Shown here piece by piece: positions 55,723 to 63,128 of a DNA stretch of 64,000 nucleotides. Source of the DNA: a virus; the IMG/VR virus record IMGVR_UViG_3300050011_000542, positions 31,217-95,216 of that record; one strand, given 5' to 3'. Within the stretch, counting starts at the first letter, position 1. Every line of letters starts with the position of its first letter. The position numbers and the translations under genes were made by a program. The notes beneath the pieces were generated by a model. It was not told the origin of the DNA, searched no databases, and worked only from the letters and a program-made list of their open reading frames with translations.

Positions 55723-55985
55723 CCGAAGTCGTGTACATCCGAGGCCCTAAGAGCAATGCCCAGTTCGATGGGTTTGCTAAAGGCTGGTACTGGCTAGATG
55801 ACGGGCATCCAACGGGGCCGTACCCCAACAAGCAAATCGCCGAAGACAAGGAGTTCTTGTACCGCAATCACTATGAGTGTAGCTGCGGCGAGACCTGGGC
55901 AGATGAGTGGTATTGTGGCTGCGACGACGAGTGCCCCGAGTGCGGCCTAGACATTTCTCCGCACCAGTCAGATAATTTGTTTTAG
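55719..55985 (+). CDS. Zn-ribbon protein
   Basis: CSCG..W..CDDECPECG. Confidence 0.65.
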   Translation: MTEVVYIRGPKSNAQFDGFAKGWYWLDDGHPTGPYPNKQIAEDKEFLYRNHYECSCGETWADEWYCGCDDECPECGLDISPHQSDNLF

Positions 55986-56060
55986 GCCCGTAGTTCAGTT
56001 GGTTAGAACTCGCCGCTCATAACGGCGCTGTCGCAGGTTCGAGTCCTGCCGGGCCTACCA
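55984..56060 (+). tRNA. tRNA with CAT anticodon, probably Ile2 (lysidine) rather than Met
   Basis: AGGCCCG/CGGGCCT acceptor with C4-G69 and C5-G68, loop CT-CAT-AA, GGTTCGAGTCC, encoded CCA. Confidence 0.9.
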
Positions 56061-56613
56061 AACCAAGGAGGGTAAAGACATGGGGGATGGACTTAAGAGA
56101 GCTTCGATAATAGCAAAGGTAATATCAAAGCTACCTGTGACGAGTGTGGCTTTACAGAGTTTTTTCACATAAGCATGTTTAATGATGTTTTTGCCACCGA
56201 TAATTTAATCGGGGCGGTTATGAATAAGTCCGGTTGGACGAACTGGACATTGAACCCTCGTGACCTATGCCCTTCCTGTAATGAAGCTACCTGGGCCAGT
56301 CCTAAACATGGCCCCTATGGTAAGTTTAAGGACACGAGTGATTTTGGTAAGCTTTATGGAGTAAGCCTAGCAGAAAGTTTTGGGTTGTTCGATGAATTTT
56401 GGAAAAGTGGTGTGTTAGACAAAGCCAAACAGGCTTGTGAGAAGAAGCTGTTCAAAACACCTTTGTCAGATCTTCTGAACAAAACAGTTAAAAAGGGGTA
56501 ATCGGTCTTTTCGATTATTCGTTGATTTATTGAGTCTTTTCAGTCGCTTGGTACGGTTTTAAGTACCATTTTGCCATTCGTGGTATGAAATTAAGACCAG
56601 AGCACAAGATGTT

Positions 56614-57309
56614 GTGTGCAATCGATTGCACCTGATGCTATGTGTTCTGGCCATGACAACGGATTGTCGTGGGCAAGAGGCCCTGATAAAGCAAATAACG
56701 GGCATGCGCCCTTATCTGGTGGTGTATGGCCGGCGTCTGACAGGTAATCATGACCGGGCCGAAGACCTGGCCCAGGATACGATGCTTCGCGGTATTCAGA
56801 AGCTGGACATGTTTGTTGAAGGCACCAACCTGAAGTCCTGGCTGGGCAAGATGATGACCAATCTGCACATCGATTATGTGCGGGCCAGGAAGAACCAACC
56901 TCATGCCGACATCGAAGAGCTATCGGAAGAGTCACTGGTCGAAGAACCCAATCAGGACAAGTCGTCTCTGGTTCGCGATATAGAGAAGGTGTTGGCTCGA
57001 CTACCGGCGTTCCACGGCAAATGCTTTCGGCTTCACGCTGAAGGCTACACGCATAGCGAAATCGCCCACATGTTGCAGGTTAGGGTATCGATCGTGCGCC
57101 AGCGTGTGCATGAGGCGGTTCTAGCGGTCCAGCACGAGCTAGGCAAGGGCAGCTTTAGCCCGAAGCCGGCTTATCATCGCCCCCAGGGCTATTTCTCTCA
57201 GAGAATGGCTATCCGTGAGCGTAAAGAGAGTTTGGGAAAACTGGTCCTGGTAAAGGTATCGGGGCAGTTTCGGCTTATGCGCGTTGCTGCTGAGAAGGTC
57301 GCCGCCTGA
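56614..57309 (+). CDS. second ECF sigma factor with basic C-terminal extension
   Basis: RLTGN-DRAEDLAQDT, F-EGTNLKSWL, GYTHSEIA. Start may be 56653. Confidence 0.85.
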   Translation: MCNRLHLMLCVLAMTTDCRGQEALIKQITGMRPYLVVYGRRLTGNHDRAEDLAQDTMLRGIQKLDMFVEGTNLKSWLGKMMTNLHIDYVRARKNQPHADIEELSEESLVEEPNQDKSSLVRDIEKVLARLPAFHGKCFRLHAEGYTHSEIAHMLQVRVSIVRQRVHEAVLAVQHELGKGSFSPKPAYHRPQGYFSQRMAIRERKESLGKLVLVKVSGQFRLMRVAAEKVAA

Positions 57310-57506
57310 TGCCTGATCTAAAAGACATGGTGTTCGATCTTATCGCCGAAGCCACAGTCGAAGTGGTCGACGAAAAACAGGTAAAGCTTACCCTCGATCT
57401 TCCTCAAGTTATTGCAATCGCCCAGGAAGCTGGAATGCCTTTAGACCAGATCGGGGCTTTGTTGGACATTGATATAGAAGTAGGGGACGACAATGGGGAA
57501 GCGTAA
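57309..57506 (+). CDS. acidic hypothetical protein
   Basis: Coupled TGATG. Confidence 0.5.
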   Translation: MPDLKDMVFDLIAEATVEVVDEKQVKLTLDLPQVIAIAQEAGMPLDQIGALLDIDIEVGDDNGEA

Positions 57507-57795
57507 ACGCGCCGAACAAGAGCAAGAGCAGGAAGAATTCCAGGGCTTCGACACCCCAGAGCCTACTAATGACGAAGTGCTCAAAGCCAAATGGGTATCT
57601 CTTCATGGAGAACTGCGCCGGTCTTACCTGTACAGCAACGGCATGCAGTTTGTTATCGAAATGCCTATTTCGATGAGCATGGTGAACGAGCACCGTATGA
57701 TTATCGTGGATGCTCGGGGCTCCAGCCATATCTTGCCGAGGCAGTATTTCCACCTGACCATTGAAACCTTGCCCGGAGTTCTAACCAGTGAGTGA
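57493..57795 (+). CDS. hypothetical protein (paralog of next gene)
   Basis: E--RSY-Y..MPI..IVDA-G--H-L. Confidence 0.6.
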   Translation: MGKRKRAEQEQEQEEFQGFDTPEPTNDEVLKAKWVSLHGELRRSYLYSNGMQFVIEMPISMSMVNEHRMIIVDARGSSHILPRQYFHLTIETLPGVLTSE

Positions 57796-58030
57796 CGACG
57801 CTCCCACAGAGGGGTTTGTCGAACAAACAACCCCCATGCAGTTTCAAGATCTGCAGGAGGAAAGTCGGGGCTACTATTACGGGGAAAACCTGGCCCAGGG
57901 CTACGTTGTGAGAATGCCTATCAAGCTCGCCAAGCACGTTACCGGGGGCCATGTCATCGTTGATGCTCTGGGGTTTGTCCACGTCTTAGAGCCTGGCTGG
58001 CGAGCGGTAAGATCCAAGCCGCTGCAGTAA
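57788..58030 (+). CDS. hypothetical protein (paralog of previous gene)
   Basis: E--RGY-Y..MPI..IVDA-G--H-L. Confidence 0.6.
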   Translation: MSDDAPTEGFVEQTTPMQFQDLQEESRGYYYGENLAQGYVVRMPIKLAKHVTGGHVIVDALGFVHVLEPGWRAVRSKPLQ

Positions 58031-58058
58031 TGCAATCGATTGCACCACGGAGGGTGTT

Positions 58059-58916
58059 ATGGAATTTCAGGGTGAAGCGCTTCGTCTCGGCCCCGATGAT
58101 ATTTCGGCTGTCGCGGCCGAGCCCGGCGTTGGCCTTGAACCTGCCCTTATCCATGCTGTGTGCGACGTAGAGTCTGGCGGCTCAGGCTTTATCGCCCCTC
58201 CGGACAACCGCCCGATCATCCTTGGCGAGTCTCATGCTTTTCATACTGATACTTACGGCAAATGGGACGGCAGTCATCCTGGTATCTCTACGTCGAGCTG
58301 GGTGCGCAATTACGGCCCCGGCGGTGCCCACCAGTACGATCGACTGTCCGAGATGGTGTCGCTAGACCGTCAGGCTGGCCTGCGCTCCTGCAGCTGGGGC
58401 CGCTTTCAGATCATGGGATCCAATTTCTATATGTGCGGCTACAACGATGTCGAAACCTTCGTTGCTGCTATGGAGGCCAGCGAGAGGGCGCACCTCGATG
58501 CCTTTATCAAGTTCTGCCAGAAGTCTGGGGCTTTGCCTCGTCTAAAGGCTCACGACTTCGCCGGCTTCGCTCGTATTTACAATGGCCCCGGTTACGCCGA
58601 AAACGGCTACGACGTAAAGCTGGCAGCAGCCTATCGCAAGTGGGTTACCCAGCCTGAAGCCCAGCCCGGTAACACGGCACCGCGCACGCTGCCAGAACAC
58701 TACCATGCAGTGTTGTTTATGGGCATGCCTGGACCGAATGCAGAAGTCGCCCAGGTCCAGACCTTCCTGCACGCCAACGACAACCGCATCGTAGTCGATG
58801 GGCTTTTCGGAGCCCAGACTCAGAGCGAAGTCGAAGCAATACAACAAGCTCACGGCCTCGGTGTAGACGGTATTATCGGCCCAGCCACCAGGCCGTTTGT
58901 TGGGCTCGCAGCCTGA
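58059..58916 (+). CDS. endolysin: N-acetylmuramidase (DUF3380-type) + peptidoglycan-binding domain
   Basis: AV-DVESGG-GF, IL-E-H-F, SWGRFQIMG-N, FARIYNGP, DG-FG--T..DGIIGP-T. Confidence 0.92.
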   Translation: MEFQGEALRLGPDDISAVAAEPGVGLEPALIHAVCDVESGGSGFIAPPDNRPIILGESHAFHTDTYGKWDGSHPGISTSSWVRNYGPGGAHQYDRLSEMVSLDRQAGLRSCSWGRFQIMGSNFYMCGYNDVETFVAAMEASERAHLDAFIKFCQKSGALPRLKAHDFAGFARIYNGPGYAENGYDVKLAAAYRKWVTQPEAQPGNTAPRTLPEHYHAVLFMGMPGPNAEVAQVQTFLHANDNRIVVDGLFGAQTQSEVEAIQQAHGLGVDGIIGPATRPFVGLAA

Positions 58917-59009
58917 TGCCAATCCTCATTATGTGGGGTGTGATTACGGCTACGGCATTTGTGCTGATGCTCGTCGTCACGGCGATGTGGCCGACCACGG
59001 AGGGGCAGA

Positions 59010-59237
59010 ATGTGGGTCATCCTGTTTACCTTTCTGGCGACGGCTTCCATTAACCCGCTCAAGTCACCGTCGTACATGTTTCAGTGCAAGACCGAACGTT
59101 GTGTGGCCCGGATGGAAGAACAGGGTATGGCAGATCCCAAGGTAATCAGGATCAGGGTGTATCCACCGAAGACGTATTGGTCTTTCCCAGAAATAGGAAC
59201 AACCACTGACCCGATCAGGGATCATTGGAAGCAGTAA
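59010..59237 (+). CDS. small exported/membrane protein
   Basis: MWVILF start, C--E-C. Confidence 0.55.
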   Translation: MWVILFTFLATASINPLKSPSYMFQCKTERCVARMEEQGMADPKVIRIRVYPPKTYWSFPEIGTTTDPIRDHWKQ

Positions 59238-59252
59238 CACCAGGAGGGTGCT

Positions 59253-59465
59253 TTGACGACCAAGGTGGTTATCAAGAACGAGGAGGGCCACGGAGAGCGG
59301 GTCCTTGTCCAGACCGAGTATCGCGGTAAAGGAGACGTAGGCTGGAGGCGGCTTTCCACTGAGAACATCCTACTGGCACCGGGGCAATCCCATGAGACTC
59401 ATGTCTGGTTTGGAAAGCGCCTCGTCGTGGTCGAAGTCTCTCCCAAGGAAGAGCATGACGGATGA
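59253..59465 (+). CDS. hypothetical protein
   Basis: Hairpin RBS. Confidence 0.6.
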   Translation: MTTKVVIKNEEGHGERVLVQTEYRGKGDVGWRRLSTENILLAPGQSHETHVWFGKRLVVVEVSPKEEHDG

Positions 59466-59701
59466 GGTACGTTGCACTCAGCCTACTCGTCCTGATGACC
59501 AGCTGCACGAGCCTGATAGCCGACCCGAGCGATGGAAGTACGATGGCGAAGTGCCACGTCGGGGCATTTGTTAGCTTTTGCAAAGTGCGCAAGGACGCTG
59601 GCGAAGAGATCGTGACTGGCACCGGAGTTGTGCCTACGGTCAATTCCAGCGCGGGTATCGTCACCGAGGGCGGTGTTCTCGGCCATGGGTTGGTGAAGTA
59701 G
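59462..59701 (+). CDS. small lipoprotein
   Basis: Lipobox MTSC. Confidence 0.5.
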   Translation: MRYVALSLLVLMTSCTSLIADPSDGSTMAKCHVGAFVSFCKVRKDAGEEIVTGTGVVPTVNSSAGIVTEGGVLGHGLVK

Positions 59702-60285
59702 TGTCGGTTCTCTACACAGGCAATGCCTCAAAGGTCGTGTATCAGCCCCGTCAGGTGATCCTTTGCGATCCGCCCTGGCGCTTTACCGTCTATAAGGAAG
59801 GCTCTCCTAAGCTGCCCCAGGCCCAGTACAAGTGCATGAGCCTAGAAGACCTGATCGAGTACCGGGGCATGTTCGAACACCTGCTCGCCGACGACTGCGT
59901 GCTGGTAATGTGGACGACCTGGCCGATGCTGGCAGCAGGGCAGGCACACAAGGTTATGGAAGGCTGGGGCTTTACTCCGAAGACAGGCGGCTCCTGGCAG
60001 AAGACGACCAAGCACGGCAAGATGGGCTTTGGCACGGGCTATATCTATCGAGGCTCGACCGAGCCTTGGTTGCTGGGCACACGGGGCCACCCCAAGGTAA
60101 AGTCCAAGTCGGTACGCAATGGCATTATTGCCCCGTTGCGAGAGCATTCGCGCAAACCCGACCAGATGCACCAAGATCTTGAGAAGTTGTTTGCTGGGCC
60201 GTTTATGGAGCTATTTGCTAGATCGTACAGGCCGGGGTGGCTTTGTATAGGTGACGAAGTGGGTAAATTCCCCATGGCAGCTTAA
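59701..60285 (+). CDS. MT-A70 family adenine methyltransferase
   Basis: DPPW, MW-T-P, WGF, G-GY--R--TE, REHSRKP, ELFAR. Confidence 0.92.
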   Translation: MSVLYTGNASKVVYQPRQVILCDPPWRFTVYKEGSPKLPQAQYKCMSLEDLIEYRGMFEHLLADDCVLVMWTTWPMLAAGQAHKVMEGWGFTPKTGGSWQKTTKHGKMGFGTGYIYRGSTEPWLLGTRGHPKVKSKSVRNGIIAPLREHSRKPDQMHQDLEKLFAGPFMELFARSYRPGWLCIGDEVGKFPMAA

Positions 60286-60346
60286 TTCTCTTTGACCAAG
60301 CTTCGGCCTATCTTATTATTCACCCACGAACCACGGATGGTCGACT

Positions 60347-60532
60347 ATGGATATGATTGAAGCTTATGACGGACGCAGAATCACCATAGGTGCTGCTCGT
60401 CCTTCCGGTGAAATCGAACTCGTCATCGAAGGTGTGTTGGAGAAGTCCAACAGCATTATTTCGCGCGAAAGCGCCGAGAAGATGTTCAATGCCCTGGCCG
60501 ATCGCCTCGGCTACGAAATCGAAAAGCAGTAG
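60347..60532 (+). CDS. hypothetical protein
   Basis: Promoter at 60292 and hairpin RBS. Confidence 0.55.
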   Translation: MDMIEAYDGRRITIGAARPSGEIELVIEGVLEKSNSIISRESAEKMFNALADRLGYEIEKQ

Positions 60533-60536
60533 ACCA

Positions 60537-61001
60537 ATGATCTGGGTGTGGCTCTCGCTTGCTTTTATAGCAGGCGCTATCAGCTTGTTGGCTATCGCCG
60601 CTGTCTTCTCTCCGAAGAAGGCCGCTGTACCGGCAGCATTGATAGAGCCAACCGCACCAGTATCAGCCGAGCTAAATTGCCTGGGCTGTAATTACGCCAA
60701 GCCCGGCGAGAGCACGCCCGGTTTTCCGGAAGCTGCCCAGGCTTGCTATTTTTGTGTTCGTAACAAAGACAGAGAGAACTGGCAGGGCTGGGCACTACGA
60801 GCCAACGGCGACCGCTTGTTGAGCTGGGGTAACGGCGCCCCGGCTGTCAGCTATCCGATGGACGCCTATCACTCAGTAGACATGGCCAAGCAGTATGCCC
60901 AGGAGCTTGACTGGGATCGGGGCTATTTCAACGAGCGCATCACGCGGCTGTCCAACGCCCTGCGTATCGCCAAAGCCACAGGGTATCGTCGCTACTTCTG
61001 A
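60537..61001 (+). CDS. membrane-anchored Cys-containing protein
   Basis: N-terminal TM; CLGC..CYFC. Confidence 0.6.
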   Translation: MIWVWLSLAFIAGAISLLAIAAVFSPKKAAVPAALIEPTAPVSAELNCLGCNYAKPGESTPGFPEAAQACYFCVRNKDRENWQGWALRANGDRLLSWGNGAPAVSYPMDAYHSVDMAKQYAQELDWDRGYFNERITRLSNALRIAKATGYRRYF

Positions 61002-61015
61002 CCATGGAGGGTCTG

Positions 61016-61513
61016 ATGACAGGTTTTGCCAACCATCCCGAGTTCGAGCTCAAGATCTTAGATCCGCGTGTCGGCCGCGAGTGGAGCTTCGATTTCCAGA
61101 CCAAAGGAGCTGCCGGTATAGACCTGTTGGCTTGTCTCGATACCGAAATGATCATGTGGCCCAAGGAGCGCTACAAGTTCGACGCCGGCATTGCCCTGCA
61201 CATGAAAAACTCAGACTACGCCATGGTGATCTTGCCCAGATCGAGCATGGGTACGAAAGGATTGGTGCTACAGCACACGCTCGGTCTGGTCGACTCTGAC
61301 TATCAAGGCCAGATCATAATGCCGATGATGAATATCGGCGACGAGGCCATCGGCATTAGGCCGGGCGACCGCATTGCCCAGGCTATTTTTATCCCCGTCA
61401 TTCATCCTATCTTTCGGGTTGTGGGTAACTTCTCTGAGCAGTCGGAAAGAGGCGAGGGTGGCCGTGGCTCGACTGGCACAAATGCTGCAATCGATTGCAG
61501 GAAGCGCGCATGA
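61016..61513 (+). CDS. dut: dUTPase (trimeric)
   Basis: AAGIDL, PRSS, G-VDSDYQG, GDRIAQ, RGEGG-GSTG. Confidence 0.95.
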   Translation: MTGFANHPEFELKILDPRVGREWSFDFQTKGAAGIDLLACLDTEMIMWPKERYKFDAGIALHMKNSDYAMVILPRSSMGTKGLVLQHTLGLVDSDYQGQIIMPMMNIGDEAIGIRPGDRIAQAIFIPVIHPIFRVVGNFSEQSERGEGGRGSTGTNAAIDCRKRA

Positions 61514-61983
61514 GCGAGCGCTGGGACCGCCACTACCTGGAGCGGGCGTTGAAGTGTTCGGAGATGTCCAAAGACCCGAACACCAGGGTAGGAGCTGTCA
61601 TCATCGCGCCAGGGCGAGAGCCGGTCTCTGATGGCTTTAACGGACTGCCGCGAGGCATTGCAGACACACCAGAGCGTCTCAATGACTGGGAACTAAAGCT
61701 CCAGCTGATAGTTCACGCCGAGGTTAATGCTGTCATTAACGCTTCACGCATGGGCCGTGGAGTGATGGGTTGTACGCTCTATCTGGCAGCTACCGACGAC
61801 ACAGGGCTGGTATGGGGAGGTTGCCCTTGCACCCGCTGTACGGCCACGTTAATTCAAGCCGGCATCGCAGAGATTGTCGCCTACTCCCCTAAGCCTAACT
61901 GGAGCAAACGGCATGAAGATCTAGAGTTTGCGCGGAGGTTGGTAAACGAAGCTCATATCCTATATCGTGAGTTGTGTCCTTGA
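61510..61983 (+). CDS. dCMP deaminase
   Basis: SKDP-T-VGA, GFNG-PRG, HAEVNA, PCTRC. Confidence 0.92.
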   Translation: MSERWDRHYLERALKCSEMSKDPNTRVGAVIIAPGREPVSDGFNGLPRGIADTPERLNDWELKLQLIVHAEVNAVINASRMGRGVMGCTLYLAATDDTGLVWGGCPCTRCTATLIQAGIAEIVAYSPKPNWSKRHEDLEFARRLVNEAHILYRELCP

Positions 61984-62195
61984 CCGGACGGAGAATGTCT
62001 GTCTTAGTTAATTAATCTTGACTATCTCCCGTATTATCCTTTCCTCACTAAGACATACCTGTTACACACGGCCTCTATTCTAAGTACCTTGTAAGTATCT
62101 TGGAAAGTGGACGAGTAATGTAACTGGCAATGCCCAGAATTGTAGGGATACCCCTCATAGTATCTGCCTTACAATTTTTGTTTTAGAGGCATCTA

Positions 62196-62432
62196 ATGTT
62201 TGAGGTTATGGATATGCTCCCCCTTGATGAAGCTCATCAAGAGACGATTGCTCTCGAAGAATCTGCTGCAGCAGTGTTGAGGGCTATCCAACGCGGTGTT
62301 AGTCGGACGCATATCATGCCTTCGGCTCTGATCATGATCGGTCTCCATCTGATGGAGTCTGTCGTATCTCGACGTAGTATTGGTATTTGGTTGAGGGAAC
62401 TGTCTGACCGATATTTGCAGTTAGGTCACTAG
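62196..62432 (+). CDS. hypothetical protein
   Basis: GAGG RBS; 78-aa ORF. Confidence 0.45.
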   Translation: MFEVMDMLPLDEAHQETIALEESAAAVLRAIQRGVSRTHIMPSALIMIGLHLMESVVSRRSIGIWLRELSDRYLQLGH

Positions 62433-62558
62433 TTTTTACTCCACTTTTCCGTATGATTTTTCACTAAAACATAATCATAAAATAGTTGTTGCAATCACCT
62501 AAGCAGGTGCTAAATATCTGACTCTGGGAGTCAGCGCATACAGAAAGAAGGTACTAGA

Positions 62559-63128
62559 GTGTACCGTATAAATCGGTACGGCTTGACAGTCGTATTGTCG
62601 TCTGTTGCCGGATTGAATGAAGTTTGGCTAATCGCGCCAGCAGGTCATTTCCTAATATGTCTTCGCCATATACCTCTTTTTTTAACATTATTCTTAATGT
62701 CGTCGGGCATTATCTTTGTCACTGTAGACGCAGCCTATGAGGCTATATTTTCGGAAGACCGAAAAATACAATCGGTTTCCAGTGTTTCTAAGCCCAAGCC
62801 AAAGATAACTGTTCCGCCCAAGGAGTGGCTGACACTGCGAGAGGTGGCAGAGCTCATGCAGTGTTCAGAACGCATGATGCAGGCCCTGGCCCAGGACGGT
62901 AAATTCCCCGCAAAGAAGGTCGGAAAACGGATGTGGCGTGTGCTAACGTCCGACTTTGATCGATACACGAGGGGCGAATGGAACGCGGAGCCGTCTACAG
63001 CCGCCTCGACACTATCAAGCTCTGGTGCTGGTACTACGACGAAAACGGAAAGCGAGTACGCTGCTCTACTGGCCAAGAAACCGAGAGGGAAGCCAAAGCT
63101 TTCCTTGCCAGTAAGCTCGCAAACGTAG
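62559..63128 (+). CDS. excisionase-like HTH protein (true start probably downstream)
   Basis: WLTLREVAELM-CS..G-FPA-KVG--WRV. Confidence 0.75.
   Translation: MYRINRYGLTVVLSSVAGLNEVWLIAPAGHFLICLRHIPLFLTLFLMSSGIIFVTVDAAYEAIFSEDRKIQSVSSVSKPKPKITVPPKEWLTLREVAELMQCSERMMQALAQDGKFPAKKVGKRMWRVLTSDFDRYTRGEWNAEPSTAASTLSSSGAGTTTKTESEYAALLAKKPRGKPKLSLPVSSQT

Noticed and set aside
61990-62560. AT-rich region before xis as attP
   Set aside because: No core or arm-type repeats could be identified by eye; attP may lie beyond the window end.
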